Of a stretch of 64,000 bases of DNA, positions 17,846 through 28,347 are shown one piece after another. The stretch comes from Bacillota bacterium (GTDB lineage: Bacteria > Bacillota > Limnochordia > Limnochordales > ZCTH02-B6), in contig JACDOI010000006.1 in the NCBI GenBank assembly GCA_017656145.1, positions 400-64,399 on the forward strand, given 5' to 3'. The position numbers and the translations under genes are program-made. The notes below the pieces were generated by a model. That model had not been told where the DNA came from and ran no database searches. It was given only the letters and a program-made list of their open reading frames with translations. The first letter of the stretch is position 1; each line of letters begins with the position of its first letter.

Positions 17846-18988
17846 GTGGACGATACGACGGGGAAGCGCACCCCGCTTTACGAGGAGCATGTGGCCAGTG
17901 GGGCCCGTATGACCGACTTCGCAGGCTTCCGCATGCCCCTTGAATACACCGGGATCCTGGAGGAGCACCGGGCCGTGCGGTCGGCGGCCGGGTTGTTTGA
18001 CTTGTCCCACATGGGAGAGATCCGGGTGGCGGGGTCGGCAGCGGCCCGGTTTCTCGATGGGGTCGTGACCAACCGGGTCGCGGACATGGAGCCGGGCCAA
18101 GCCCGGTACTCGCCCATCTGCCGGCCCGACGGCGGCATCGTCGATGACGTCGTCATCTACCGGCGTCAGGACGACTTTTTGCTGGTCGTCAACGCGGCCA
18201 ACATCGAGAAGGACCTGGGCTGGCTGGATTACCTTCGCCGGGCGTGGCCAGGGGACGGCGGCCCCGATGTCAACCCGGAGGATGTGGTGCTGGAAGATCT
18301 GTCCGAGCAGACGGCGCTCTTGGCCGTTCAAGGCCCGCGATCCCAGGCGGTCCTGGAGAAGCTGGCGGACCTGCCGCTTGACGGGTTGCCCTCGTTCCGG
18401 TTCCTCGAGGGCCAAGTGGGCGGTCATCCCGCGATGGTAGCCCGCACAGGCTACACCGGCGAGGACGGCTTCGAGATCTACATTTCTCCTGAGGCCGCGT
18501 TGCCTCTTTGGCGGGCGTTTCTTTCGGCCGGCGGCGACCTCGGGCTTGTGCCAGCGGGCCTCGGCGCCCGGGACACCTTGCGCCTTGAGATGCGGTTTCC
18601 CCTTTACGGCCAGGATATCGATGACACGACGACGCCGCTGGAGGCCGGCCTTGGGTTTACGGTCAAGTTCGACAAGGAGTCGTTCGTCGGTAAGGCGGCG
18701 CTGGAGCGGCAGCGGGACCAGGGCGTAAGCCGGCGGCTGGTCGGGTTTACGATGTTGGACCGGGGCGTTCCCCGCCGCGGCTATCCGTTGTTTTCCGGTG
18801 AGGAAGCGATCGGGAGCGTGACCTCCGGCACCATTTCCCCGACCTTGGGCGAACCCATCGGGCTTGGGTACGTGCCCTCCCGGCTCGCGGCGCCCGGTAC
18901 GGAGCTGGCCGTCGGCATCCGGGGCCGCCGGGCTCGCTGCCGGGTAATCAAAGGCCGGTTTGTGCAACCGGGCACCGCTTCCCGGTAA
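17846..18988 (+). CDS. gcvT: Glycine cleavage system T protein
   Basis: KRTPLY, GLFDLSHMGE, RTGYTGEDGFE, GLGARDTLRLE. Confidence 0.97.
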   Translation: MDDTTGKRTPLYEEHVASGARMTDFAGFRMPLEYTGILEEHRAVRSAAGLFDLSHMGEIRVAGSAAARFLDGVVTNRVADMEPGQARYSPICRPDGGIVDDVVIYRRQDDFLLVVNAANIEKDLGWLDYLRRAWPGDGGPDVNPEDVVLEDLSEQTALLAVQGPRSQAVLEKLADLPLDGLPSFRFLEGQVGGHPAMVARTGYTGEDGFEIYISPEAALPLWRAFLSAGGDLGLVPAGLGARDTLRLEMRFPLYGQDIDDTTTPLEAGLGFTVKFDKESFVGKAALERQRDQGVSRRLVGFTMLDRGVPRRGYPLFSGEEAIGSVTSGTISPTLGEPIGLGYVPSRLAAPGTELAVGIRGRRARCRVIKGRFVQPGTASR

Positions 18989-19044
18989 TCAGCGGCCAGC
19001 CCCCGCGACACGGCGCGGGATGACATGAGAGGGAGGGCGCTTTC

Positions 19045-19422
19045 GTGTACCCCGAGGATTTGCGCTACAGCCAGCAGCACGAGTGGGTTCGGCGGGAAGG
19101 CAACCGGGTGAGGGTGGGGATCACCGACTACGCCCAGCAAGAACTGGGCGACGTGGTGTTTGTCGACCTGCCCCAGGAAGGGACCACGTTGCAGTCGGGC
19201 GAGGCGTTTGCGGCCGTTGAGTCGGTCAAAGCCGTCTCCGACATCTACGCGCCGGTCAGCGGGCGGGTCGTCGAGGTCAACCAGGACCTCGCGGACCGGC
19301 CGGAACTCGTCAACCAGGACCCGTACGGCGCCGGCTGGATTGCGGTGCTGGAGATGGAGAACCCCGCCGAACTGGACGAGCTGTTGGACGCGGAACAATA
19401 CCGGGAGCTGCTGGAACGGTAG
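19045..19422 (+). CDS. gcvH: Glycine cleavage system H protein
   Basis: HEWV, VGITDYAQ..LGDVVFV, VESVKA (lipoyl-Lys), N.DPYG.GWI. Confidence 0.98.
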   Translation: MYPEDLRYSQQHEWVRREGNRVRVGITDYAQQELGDVVFVDLPQEGTTLQSGEAFAAVESVKAVSDIYAPVSGRVVEVNQDLADRPELVNQDPYGAGWIAVLEMENPAELDELLDAEQYRELLER

Positions 19423-19459
19423 CGGCCCGGACCAGGCGCTGAAAAGGAGGCGGTCAGGC

Positions 19460-20803
19460 CTGTCCTATTCGCCCATGACCGATGCCGACCGCCGCGCGAT
19501 GCTCAACGCAATCGGCGTGGCGGACGTGGAGGAGCTGTTCGCAGATATCCCTGCGGAAATCCGGCTGCGCCGGCCCTTGAACATCCCCGAAGGGATGGCC
19601 GAGGCCGAGTTGCGCCGCCACATGGCCGAACTGGCCGGGCGCAACGCGGACGCCGGGCGGTACGCGTGCTTTCTTGGCGCGGGAGCGTACGATCATCTCA
19701 TTCCCGCGGCGGTGAGCCAGCTGGTTTCCCGCAACGAGTTTTACACTTCATACACGCCCTATCAGGCCGAGATAACCCAGGGCGTGCTTCAGGCGACGTA
19801 CGAGTATCAGACGCTCGTAGCCGAACTGACCGGTATGGAGCTGGCCAATGCCTCGATGTATGACGGGGCCACCGCCATGGCGGAAGCGTGCCTCGTCGCG
19901 TGCGCCCACACCGGCCGGGACCGGGTCGTGGTGCCCCGGGCGGCGCACCCCGAGTACCGGCAAGTGAGCGCAACATACTTGCGCCATCAAGGGCTGGAAA
20001 TCGTCGAGGTGCCGTTTCGGGACGGCGTCACCCCGGTGGACGAAGTACGGGCCCGGGTAGACGGGCGGACCGCAGCCGTCGTCGTCCAGCAGCCGAACTT
20101 TTTCGGCTGCCTTGAGGACGCGGAGGCCATGGCGGAGGTGGCGCAGGAACACGGCGCGCTGTTGATCGCGGTGATCACCGATCCCCTATCGCTGGGGCTG
20201 TTGCAGCCGCCCGGGGCGTACGGCGCCCACATGGCCGTGGGCGAAGGACAACCTTGGGGCAGCCCGTTGAGCTTCGGCGGGCCGTACCTGGGATTCTTTG
20301 CCGCCCAGGGGAAGCTGGTCCGGCGCATCCCGGGCCGCATCGCCGGCGCGACAGTGGATCGGGACGGCAACCGGGGCTACGTCTTGACCTTGCAAACCCG
20401 GGAACAGCACATTCGCCGGGAGCGGGCCACCTCGAACATCTGCACCAACCAGGCGTTGAACGCTCTTGCCGCCGCCGTCTACCTGACGTTGCTCGGCAAG
20501 GAAGGGGTGCGGGAGGTGGCCGGTCAGTGTGTGCAGAAGGCCCATTACCTCCAGCGGGCCATGACCGCGCTGGAAGGTGTATCGGCGGCGTTCCCCGGGC
20601 CGTTTTTTCATGAGTTCGTCGTCCGGCTCAGCGCGGACCCCGAGGAGGTCACCCGGCGCCTGCTGGACTACCAGATCTTGGGCGGTCTGCCGCTTGGCCG
20701 GTTTTACCCGGAACTGGCCGACTGCTTGCTCGTCTGCGTCACAGAGGCCCGGACCCGGGAGGAAATGGACCGCTTCGTCACCGCGCTGGGGGGATTGGCA
20801 TGA
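19460..20803 (+). CDS. gcvPA: Glycine dehydrogenase subunit 1
   Basis: [43 protein letters not shown]; probable CTG start at 19460 (ATG alternative at 19475). Confidence 0.95.
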   Translation: MSYSPMTDADRRAMLNAIGVADVEELFADIPAEIRLRRPLNIPEGMAEAELRRHMAELAGRNADAGRYACFLGAGAYDHLIPAAVSQLVSRNEFYTSYTPYQAEITQGVLQATYEYQTLVAELTGMELANASMYDGATAMAEACLVACAHTGRDRVVVPRAAHPEYRQVSATYLRHQGLEIVEVPFRDGVTPVDEVRARVDGRTAAVVVQQPNFFGCLEDAEAMAEVAQEHGALLIAVITDPLSLGLLQPPGAYGAHMAVGEGQPWGSPLSFGGPYLGFFAAQGKLVRRIPGRIAGATVDRDGNRGYVLTLQTREQHIRRERATSNICTNQALNALAAAVYLTLLGKEGVREVAGQCVQKAHYLQRAMTALEGVSAAFPGPFFHEFVVRLSADPEEVTRRLLDYQILGGLPLGRFYPELADCLLVCVTEARTREEMDRFVTALGGLA

Positions 20804-22329
20804 CCGGCTACCAGCTCAAGGGAAGTTTTCCCCTGATCTTTGAGCGGGGGGCTCCGGGCCGCCGCGGCTACCGGCTGCCGCCCCTTGACGTGCCCGAGCA
20901 GCCGATTGAGGCTCTCATCCCTGACCGGCACCAGCGCACAAACCCGCCGGCCCTCCCCGAGGTGAGCGAGCCCGAGGCGGTGCGGCATTTCGTCGGTCTG
21001 TCCCGGCGCAACTACGGCGTCGATGTCGGGTTTTACCCGCTCGGGTCGTGCACGATGAAGTACAACCCCAAAATCAACGAGGAAGTCGCGGCGTTGCCCG
21101 GGTTTGCCCGGCTGCACCCGTACCAGCCCGAGGAGACGGTCCAGGGGGCGCTGGAGCTGATGTACAACCTCGAGCGTTACCTGTGCGAGATCGCCGGCTT
21201 AAGCCGCGCCACGTTGCAGCCGGCGGCCGGCGCCCACGGCGAGCTGCTCGGCCTCATGATCATGCGGGCGTACCACGAATCCCGGGGCGAGGGCCACACC
21301 CGCCGGGAGGTGCTCGTGCCCGACTCGGCCCACGGCACAAACCCCGCCAGCGCGGCGATGTGCGGCTACCGCGTCGTCGAGGTCCAATCCAACGCCCGGG
21401 GCGGTGTCGACGTGGCGGCGCTAAGAGCGCTTGTAGGGCCCAAGACCGCGGGCTTGATGTTGACCAACCCCAACACTTTGGGGCTCTTTGAGGAGGATAT
21501 CCTCGAAATCGCCCGGCTCGTTCACGACGCGGGAGGGCTCTTGTACTACGACGGCGCCAACGCCAACGCGATTTTGGGCATCTGCCGGCCCGGCGACATG
21601 GGGTTTGACATCGTCCACTTCAACCTGCACAAGACGTTTTCCACGCCCCACGGCGGGGGCGGGCCAGGCTCGGGCCCCATCGCGGTGCGGGAGGAACTGG
21701 TGCCGTTCTTGCCGGTTCCGACCGTGGAGCGGGACGGGGACCGATACTACCTGGACTTTGACCGTCCCCAATCGGTGGGCCGGATCAAGGGCTTTTACGG
21801 CAACTTCGGCATGATGGTTCGGGCGTACGCCTACATCCGCACCATGGGCGCGGCGGGACTCAAAGCCGCCAGCGAGCAAGCGGTCATCAATGCGAATTAC
21901 CTCATGAAGCGACTTGCGCCCTTGTTTGATGTGGCCGTCGACCGCTACTGCAAGCATGAGTTCGTGCTCTCAGGCCGCCGGTACAAGCGCCTCGGCGTGC
22001 GCACCCTGGATATCGCCAAGCGGCTTTTGGACTACGGCATCCACGCGCCCACCGTGTACTTTCCGCTCATTGTCGAAGAGGCGCTGATGATCGAGCCGAC
22101 CGAGACCGAAACCAAAGAAACGCTGGATGAATTCGCCCGCGTCATGGAGCAGATCGTGCGGGAAATCGAGGAAGACCCCGACCTCGTCCGCAACGCCCCC
22201 CACGAAACGCCGGTGCGCCGCCTGGACGAAGCGCGGGCCGCCCGCCAACCGGATCTTTGCTTCTGCGCGCCCGCGTCCTCAACGGTCGGCGAGGTGAATG
22301 CCGGCGGCGGGGGCCGGACCGATGGGTGA
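20800..22329 (+). CDS. gcvPB: Glycine dehydrogenase subunit 2
   Basis: [40 protein letters not shown] (PLP-Lys). Confidence 0.97.
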   Translation: MTGYQLKGSFPLIFERGAPGRRGYRLPPLDVPEQPIEALIPDRHQRTNPPALPEVSEPEAVRHFVGLSRRNYGVDVGFYPLGSCTMKYNPKINEEVAALPGFARLHPYQPEETVQGALELMYNLERYLCEIAGLSRATLQPAAGAHGELLGLMIMRAYHESRGEGHTRREVLVPDSAHGTNPASAAMCGYRVVEVQSNARGGVDVAALRALVGPKTAGLMLTNPNTLGLFEEDILEIARLVHDAGGLLYYDGANANAILGICRPGDMGFDIVHFNLHKTFSTPHGGGGPGSGPIAVREELVPFLPVPTVERDGDRYYLDFDRPQSVGRIKGFYGNFGMMVRAYAYIRTMGAAGLKAASEQAVINANYLMKRLAPLFDVAVDRYCKHEFVLSGRRYKRLGVRTLDIAKRLLDYGIHAPTVYFPLIVEEALMIEPTETETKETLDEFARVMEQIVREIEEDPDLVRNAPHETPVRRLDEARAARQPDLCFCAPASSTVGEVNAGGGGRTDG

Positions 22330-23230
22330 TGGGCAGGGGGCCAAGATCGGATTCCTCGGCCCCCGGGGAACGTTCAGCGAGGAGGCGGCGCGAAAGCATC
22401 TGGCCCAGGCGGGCCTTGACGCGGAACTGATCCCGTACCGGGGCATCCCGGATCTTCTGGCCGCCGTGGAACGGGCTGAGCTCGACTGGGCGGTGGTGCC
22501 GGCGGAAAACTCCATCGAAGGGTCCGTCGCGGTGACCTTGGACACGCTGGCCCACGACGTGGATGTGGCCATCGCGGGGGAAATCGTCCTTGCAGTGCGC
22601 CACCACCTGCTCGTGCGCCGAGGACACGAAGGGTGGCCCATCCACACCGTCGTTTCCCACCCCCAGGCGCTGGCCCAATGCCGCCGCTACTTGCAGGCCC
22701 GCCTTCCCGGGGTTTCGGTGCAGGCCGCGTTCAGCACCGCGGAGGCCGCCCGCCTGGCGGGGGAATCGGAAGAGCCGGGTCTGGCGGCCATCGGAAACTC
22801 CCTGTGCGCGGACCTCTACGGCCTGGCCGTGCTCGACTCCGACATCCAGGACTTTCCGGGAAACGCTACCCGCTTCTTTGTCGCAGGCCGCGCTGACCGA
22901 CCGCGGACGGGACAAGACAAGACTTCGGTCGTGTTCGCGTTCGCTGCCGACCGGCCCGGCAACTTGTACCGGGCCTTGGGTGAATTCGCCCGGCGGAACA
23001 TCAACTTGACGAAGCTTGAATCCCGCCCGGCCAAGCAACTGTTGGGCGACTACATCTTTTTCGCCGACTTGGAAGGGCACCGGGCGGATCCGGCGGTGGC
23101 CGGCGCTCTGGAGGGCCTGCGCCGACAGTGCGCCTATGTGAAAGTCTTGGGCTCCTATCCCCGGGCGGACTACGCCGGCGTCAGATCTCGGACAAGGCCC
23201 GCGCCAGCCGAGCGGCAGGACAACCGGTAG
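22322..23230 (+). CDS. pheA: Prephenate dehydratase
   Basis: [41 protein letters not shown] (ACT domain). Confidence 0.95.
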   Translation: MGDGQGAKIGFLGPRGTFSEEAARKHLAQAGLDAELIPYRGIPDLLAAVERAELDWAVVPAENSIEGSVAVTLDTLAHDVDVAIAGEIVLAVRHHLLVRRGHEGWPIHTVVSHPQALAQCRRYLQARLPGVSVQAAFSTAEAARLAGESEEPGLAAIGNSLCADLYGLAVLDSDIQDFPGNATRFFVAGRADRPRTGQDKTSVVFAFAADRPGNLYRALGEFARRNINLTKLESRPAKQLLGDYIFFADLEGHRADPAVAGALEGLRRQCAYVKVLGSYPRADYAGVRSRTRPAPAERQDNR

Positions 23231-23636
23231 CGCAGGCGCCACCGCACCCGCCGGCCTTTGACCCGCACCCGCATCCGCCGCAGCCGCCTCGACCCGCGGA
23301 CGATGAGCCCCGGTTTCCCAGGCCCGCCAGGCGCGCGTAAGTCTTGGTTTTGGCCCGCATCTCCCGGCGCCGCCAGACGTACGCTTCGAAATGATAGCAG
23401 GAAGACGCCTGGCAGTCCAGGCAGCTAGTCCCCTTCAGATCGGCGCAGTCACGAATGATGCACTCGCCCGTCTCCAGGTTCGGACATCCGGGGCAGACCC
23501 CGGTGATGTATGCGCTGCACGTGTTGCACAACAAGCCGCAGCGGGAGACGATATCCCCGGGCCGAATCTCGGGCTTGCCCGCCGCGCGGGCGTTTCCGGC
23601 CGTCGACAAGCCAACGCCCCCCAGCATACGCTCCAA
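23181..23636 (-). CDS. Cys-rich DUF3795-like protein with Cys/Gly-rich tail
   Basis: CGLLC..C...C.GC...C.I..C...C..C...C pattern; start uncertain (23636/23627/23609). Confidence 0.75.
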   Translation of the reverse strand: MERMLGGVGLSTAGNARAAGKPEIRPGDIVSRCGLLCNTCSAYITGVCPGCPNLETGECIIRDCADLKGTSCLDCQASSCYHFEAYVWRRREMRAKTKTYARLAGLGNRGSSSAGRGGCGGCGCGSKAGGCGGACATGCPAARLARALSEI

Positions 23637-23693
23637 AGTTGGTCCAAGTATATCATATCGGCCGGAATCGAACCAAACAGCGAAACGGAGGAC

Positions 23694-25940
23694 CTACCGG
23701 AGGGGGCTCGACCGGTCCCGGCCGCTGTCCACCGCCAAGTAGAGCAAGGTGGCGGTGGCGGGAATCATCGTCGTAGCCGCAGCTACGACGCCGGAGTCGT
23801 TGGCCACGAGGGCCACGCGGCTCGCGACGACCGCGCCCCGTATCCCCCGCATCAGGTTGGGATGGGCGCGATCCAGCCGGCGAATCGTCTCGATGGGCCG
23901 GTACAAAGCGACGGCCGACACCGCCAAAGCGGCCACAAGAACCTGGGACCAAATCGTCCAGCGCAGGAGCCGGACGTTCATCTGAATTTTGCGGATGGCA
24001 ATGCCGGCCAGGCCGTCCCAGCCGCCCGCCAGGGCCCGGGCCGCTGCCCGCCCCAGATGGGACGCGTCGTTTCCTCCTACCGCCACGTCGAAAGCCGCAG
24101 CCGCGGCCAAAATCGCGAACACGATTGCGGCTACGGCAACGCCCGTTTTCCAGGAAATCGGCCAGTTCCAGATCAAGACGAGCGTCACGGCAAGCCCCGC
24201 GGTGGCGGCGACGGTTCCGCCCACGTTGGCCCCGATGCCCGGTGACGCGAGGACTGCCACGACGCCTCCGTAAACGGCGGCGACGGCCCAGCGCAAAGCC
24301 GAAGGGCGACGGGCCCGATCGATCAGGCCCGTGGTGCCTACCAGCGTCGAGGCGATCAGTACACCCATGTACTCGTTGCCGATACCGTAATACCGGGCGC
24401 CTACGATTGGATCGTAGCCCAGGATGGACGATTTGATCAGCGGCGCTCCCCGGACCGCATCAAGTACGAGAGCGATGGTGGTCACCAAAGCCAGCAAGAC
24501 GAACGGATCCGGTCCCGCCCGGCGGGTCGCACCGGCGGCTACCGCGGCCAGGCCGGCGGTCAGCCCGGCCAAAGTCAGGCCGGCTGTGGCGGGGTCCGCA
24601 GCGGCGGCCACGGGCAGGAGCAAGATGGCCAGCGGGGCCGCCACCAGCACCGACAATACCCAGCGCCACAGGGCCGGCCGGGACTCGGGGCCGGGAACGC
24701 CGAGCGCGGCGGCCCCCAGCTTCCAGGCGATCCAGGCCACGAACACCGCGATGGACAAGCCGATGAACGCTTGCACGGCCGGCGGGCGAAGGTTGCGGAC
24801 CAGGGCAGCCCGCCGGAAGATGAGTGTCAGGGCTTCCCACGGGTCGGCCGGCGGCGCGGACGGCGGCGGCCAGTCGCGGATAAGATCCTCCGGGGCCGCG
24901 GCGACGACGGGCCGGCCGACCATCCGCGGCGGCGGGGGCACGTCCAAAGCTGCAAGGATCGTCGGCGGGATGTCGGTATTGGCTACGATGCCGGCCCGGC
25001 GGGTTGTGGCGGAAGTGGCCAGGCGCGGCAGGGAGGCGCCCCCGCCGATGCGGGTCCAGAGGAAGGGAGACAGGAGCAGATTCTCCCGCAGCTCAGGTGC
25101 CGGCGGCGTCGGAGCGATGACCAAGAGCCATGTGTCGAGAGCCGGAGACCAATCGAGCAGGCGGCCGACAAACCGATCGACTCGCGACAGCGTCGCGTCT
25201 TGCAGGTCGGCAAACCGGCCGGGCGAAAGCCAGTCCCGGTACGCATCGAGCCGGGCCAGGTCCCCAAGTTCTACGACGATCAGGTCTGCCGCGGGATAGA
25301 CCGCCGCCAAAGCCTCCCACGTGGCATCGTAGTCGGTGCGCCGACCGAACGGAAAACCGGGATCGCTGGCCAGGAGCTCCCGGCTCACGGACCCCAGCGG
25401 CACCCGTCCTTGGGCGTCCATGGCCAAAAGGACGCCATGGCGGCGGAACGCGTCGAAGAGATCGCTGTTGCCGATGACGGCCACCCGGCCGCCCGCGTCC
25501 CGGACCGCTTGTCCGAGCGAGCCGGGCACGACCCGGTCAGGCAACTCCGCGGAGACCGCTTGCAACTCGGCGAGGCCTAAAAACAACACCGCGTCGTCGC
25601 CGGCGGCCGCGCCGGTCAAGCTTTCGTACAACTGCTGTACAGGCTGGCCTTGGTAGCGGCCGCCGGCATCAAACGCCAGCCCGCTTCGGCGGCCGGCCCG
25701 CGCCCGCGCGCCCGCGCCTAAGGTGACGTGGGCTGCAGCGGGCGAGGTGGCTGCGGCGGTGCGGGCGTTCATGAGGCCGATGACGCCTCCCTGGGCCGCG
25801 CGGCGCAAGTGGGTCCAGCGGGGATCGAGGAACTCGTTCACCGAAAGGCCGTCCACAAGCAGCACGACCGCCTTGCCCGCGGCGGCGCCAGAAATGGGAA
25901 ATGCTGCCTGGGCCACAAGCACCAAGGCCCCAAGCAGCAT
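23694..25940 (-). CDS. Large polytopic membrane protein with N-terminal alkaline-phosphatase-superfamily-like extracytoplasmic domain
   Basis: VVLLVDGLS, STTRRAG..ANTDIPPTIL-like and GARYYGIGNEYMG motifs; many C-terminal TM helices; NDSGVVAAA; start uncertain. Confidence 0.75.
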   Translation of the reverse strand: MLLGALVLVAQAAFPISGAAAGKAVVLLVDGLSVNEFLDPRWTHLRRAAQGGVIGLMNARTAAATSPAAAHVTLGAGARARAGRRSGLAFDAGGRYQGQPVQQLYESLTGAAAGDDAVLFLGLAELQAVSAELPDRVVPGSLGQAVRDAGGRVAVIGNSDLFDAFRRHGVLLAMDAQGRVPLGSVSRELLASDPGFPFGRRTDYDATWEALAAVYPAADLIVVELGDLARLDAYRDWLSPGRFADLQDATLSRVDRFVGRLLDWSPALDTWLLVIAPTPPAPELRENLLLSPFLWTRIGGGASLPRLATSATTRRAGIVANTDIPPTILAALDVPPPPRMVGRPVVAAAPEDLIRDWPPPSAPPADPWEALTLIFRRAALVRNLRPPAVQAFIGLSIAVFVAWIAWKLGAAALGVPGPESRPALWRWVLSVLVAAPLAILLLPVAAAADPATAGLTLAGLTAGLAAVAAGATRRAGPDPFVLLALVTTIALVLDAVRGAPLIKSSILGYDPIVGARYYGIGNEYMGVLIASTLVGTTGLIDRARRPSALRWAVAAVYGGVVAVLASPGIGANVGGTVAATAGLAVTLVLIWNWPISWKTGVAVAAIVFAILAAAAAFDVAVGGNDASHLGRAAARALAGGWDGLAGIAIRKIQMNVRLLRWTIWSQVLVAALAVSAVALYRPIETIRRLDRAHPNLMRGIRGAVVASRVALVANDSGVVAAATTMIPATATLLYLAVDSGRDRSSPLR

Positions 25941-25986
25941 TCCCAGCGCACGAATCCGCCGGCCCGAAGCCGACGTCGCGTGTTCG

Positions 25987-26592
25987 TTAGCGGGCGTAGA
26001 ACTCGACCACCAGGGTCTCATTGACCTTGATAGGGATCTCCTCCCGGGACGGCAGACGCAAAAGCGTTCCGGAACGGCTTTCCGGATCCACCTCGACGTA
26101 GGGCACCCGGGACGGCGTCGATTCCAACGAGCTGACGACAAGGCCCAGGTTGCGGGACTTCTCCGCCATGCCGACCCGCTGGCCCGGCTGTACCCGATAC
26201 GAGGGGATGTCCACCTTGCGGCCGTCCACCGTCACATGGCCGTGGGTCACCAGCTGCCGGGCGCTGGGCAGCGTGGGCGCCAGACCCATCCTGTAGACGA
26301 TGTTGTCGAGCCGAGTTTCCAGCATTTGCAAAAGCAGTTCGCCCGTGCGGCCCCGATGCCTGGCCGCGTTGCGGAACAGGTTGCGCAGCTGCGTTTCCGA
26401 AATGCCGTAGATTGCCTTCAGCTTCTGCTTCTCAAGAAGCTGGCGCCCGTACTCGGACAGTTTCCGCCGGGGCCCCCGCCCGTGCTGGCCCGGGGGGTAT
26501 GGGCGCTTCAACGCCGGGCATTTGGGCGATCCGCAGATGGGCTCGCCGACCCGCCGGCAGATGCGGTGCTTCGGTCCCGTCCGTCTCGCCAT
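25987..26592 (-). CDS. rpsD: 30S ribosomal protein S4 (stand-alone)
   Basis: PPGQHG, SEYGRQLLEKQK, LETRLDNIVYR, ARQLVTHGH, VVEFYAR. Confidence 0.98.
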   Translation of the reverse strand: MARRTGPKHRICRRVGEPICGSPKCPALKRPYPPGQHGRGPRRKLSEYGRQLLEKQKLKAIYGISETQLRNLFRNAARHRGRTGELLLQMLETRLDNIVYRMGLAPTLPSARQLVTHGHVTVDGRKVDIPSYRVQPGQRVGMAEKSRNLGLVVSSLESTPSRVPYVEVDPESRSGTLLRLPSREEIPIKVNETLVVEFYAR

Positions 26593-26616
26593 AATCCCTT
26601 CATCCTCCAGTGCACG

Positions 26617-26656
26617 CCTCTAATTGTTCGCCAGTCGCCGCGGTAACATGCAGAGG
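26617..26656 (-). ncRNA. Candidate S4 autoregulatory mRNA leader
   Basis: Minus strand CCTCT..TGTT-ACCGCGGCGACTGGCG-AACA..AGAGG nested stems just upstream of the rpsD RBS; resembles Firmicute S4 leaders as recalled. Confidence 0.5.
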
Positions 26657-26862
26657 TTCCACTTTTGATAAGGTATACCTTCCGGCCGCCTTCATCAAGC
26701 CCCCGATTCGCACCGCCCGCTTTGCCGCCCGGGAAGGAGTGGGGGCCGGTTTCGAGAACATCGAAGGGGCGGAATGCCCAAGGCCCGGCCGGCACCGGCG
26801 GAAATCCCGCCCGGCCTGCACAGGCAGGCCGGGGGCAGAACAGTAAGGCGGGAAGTCGCGCT

Positions 26863-27072
26863 GTGATCCGCAAGTTCTACCTGGGTGATGTCGTCCAGAT
26901 GCGCAAGCCCCACCCGTGCGGCAGCGACCAGTGGGAAGTTTTGCGCACCGGCATGGACTTTCGCATCCGCTGCCTCGGTTGCGGGCGGGTCGTCATGTTG
27001 CCCCGGCGTCGCTTCGAGCGGCAGGTGAAGGCGATCGTCAAGCGGCTCATCGAGGAGGAGCCGGGAGACTGA
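26863..27072 (+). CDS. DUF951 (YyzM-like) protein
   Basis: [29 protein letters not shown]. Confidence 0.92.
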   Translation: MIRKFYLGDVVQMRKPHPCGSDQWEVLRTGMDFRIRCLGCGRVVMLPRRRFERQVKAIVKRLIEEEPGD

Positions 27073-27078
27073 CAGCGA

Positions 27079-27107
27079 TTGCTGCGCCCGGAAGCGGGTG
27101 CTATAAT
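27079..27107 (+). promoter_or_regulatory. sigmaA promoter of rpsF-ssb-rpsR
   Basis: TTGCTG-17 bp-TATAAT with extended -10 TG. Confidence 0.8.
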
Positions 27108-27120
27108 ACTCAAGCGGTAT

Positions 27121-27170
27121 CCCTGCTCCAGACCGAGAGTCTGGGGCCGACGTCCAAAGGGAGGAGGTGA
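27121..27170 (+). ncRNA. S6:S18 ribosomal protein leader RNA
   Basis: CCCTGCTCC-hairpin-GGGGCCG...CCAAAGGGAGGAGGTG; conserved CCG after the hairpin, overlapping the rpsF SD. Confidence 0.75.
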
Positions 27171-27177
27171 AGCCGCG

Positions 27178-27585
27178 GTGCGACCGTATGAAGCTATGGT
27201 CGTCCTCGACCCGGGACTCGGCGAGGAGGAGCTGGAAGCGACCCTCAACCGGTTGACCGGCGCAGTGAGCGGCCAGGGCGGAGAAGTGACCCACGTCGAC
27301 CGGTGGGGCAAGCGCCGGTTGGCGTATGAAATCGCCGGGCGCACAGAGGGCATCTACGTCCTGATCAAGTTCCGGGGCGAGCCGGGCGTCGCGGCGGAGC
27401 TGGAACGGGTGATGCGCATCACCGACTCGGTCATGCGCCACCTGGTGGTGCGGGAAATCCCGCCCCGGGCCAAAGCCCGCAAAGCGGCCGGCCCTGCGCC
27501 GGGCGCCGATTCGGCTGCCGCACCGGTTGGCGAGGCGAGCGGTGCGGCCGACGGTGAGGCCGCCGGTGCCCCGGCGGAAGGCTAG
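27178..27585 (+). CDS. rpsF: 30S ribosomal protein S6
   Basis: RPYEAMVVLDP, WGKRRLAYEI, EGIY; Ala-rich C-terminal extension. Confidence 0.97.
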   Translation: MRPYEAMVVLDPGLGEEELEATLNRLTGAVSGQGGEVTHVDRWGKRRLAYEIAGRTEGIYVLIKFRGEPGVAAELERVMRITDSVMRHLVVREIPPRAKARKAAGPAPGADSAAAPVGEASGAADGEAAGAPAEG

Positions 27586-27612
27586 GGCAACCGCCGGGAG
27601 GAGGGAGCCTCG

Positions 27613-27999
27613 TTGCTGAACCGGGTCATTTTGATCGGCAGGTTGGCGGCCGACCCCGAGCTGCGCTACACGCAAGCCGGTGTCGCGGTGACCAACTTTC
27701 GCCTGGCGGTCGACCGGCCGTTCACCAACCAGCAGGGGGAACGGGAGACGGACTTTTTTCCCGTGGTCACCTGGCGCAAGCTCGCAGAAACGTGTGCCCA
27801 CAATCTCAACAAGGGGCGGTTGGTGGCCGTCGAAGGCCGCCTGCAGACCCGGTCGTTCCAGGGACAGGACGGCAGCACCCGCTGGGTCACCGAAGTGGTA
27901 GCCGACAACGTCCGGTTCCTGGACTGGCCCAAGGACGGCGGCGGGCCCGGGTTTGCCGGGACCGTCGACGAGATGGAAGAGGACGACGTCCCCTTTTGA
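27613..27999 (+). CDS. ssb: Single-stranded DNA-binding protein
   Basis: LNRVILIGRL..DPELRYT; C-terminal DDVPF. Confidence 0.98.
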   Translation: MLNRVILIGRLAADPELRYTQAGVAVTNFRLAVDRPFTNQQGERETDFFPVVTWRKLAETCAHNLNKGRLVAVEGRLQTRSFQGQDGSTRWVTEVVADNVRFLDWPKDGGGPGFAGTVDEMEEDDVPF

Positions 28000-28032
28000 C
28001 GGGTAAGGGGGACTTCAACGGGAGGTAAGGCC

Positions 28033-28257
28033 ATGCGGCGCGATCGGCGGCGCAAGAAGAAGGTTTGCGCCTTCTGCGTGGACAAGATCGACCGGGTGGA
28101 TTACAAGGAAACCGGCCGCCTGCGCCGGTACTTGACGGAGCGGGCCAAGATCTTGCCCCGCCGCATCACGGGCAATTGCGCCCGGCATCAGCGGCAGCTG
28201 ACGGTGGCCATCAAGCGGGCCCGGCAGCTGGCGCTCTTGCCCTACACCACCGACTGA
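28033..28257 (+). CDS. rpsR: 30S ribosomal protein S18
   Basis: [37 protein letters not shown]. Confidence 0.98.
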   Translation: MRRDRRRKKKVCAFCVDKIDRVDYKETGRLRRYLTERAKILPRRITGNCARHQRQLTVAIKRARQLALLPYTTD

Positions 28258-28312
28258 AGGCGCGGCATCCGACCCCGTTGCGGCCGGTGTTCCGCGGGAG
28301 AGGTCGGGTATT

Positions 28313-28347
28313 AGAGGGTGGGCCGGTCCGGTCCACCCTCTGTCTTT
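28313..28347 (+). terminator. Probable terminator after rpsR
   Basis: AGAGGGTGGGCC...GGTCCACCCTCT stem followed by GTCTTT. Confidence 0.6.
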
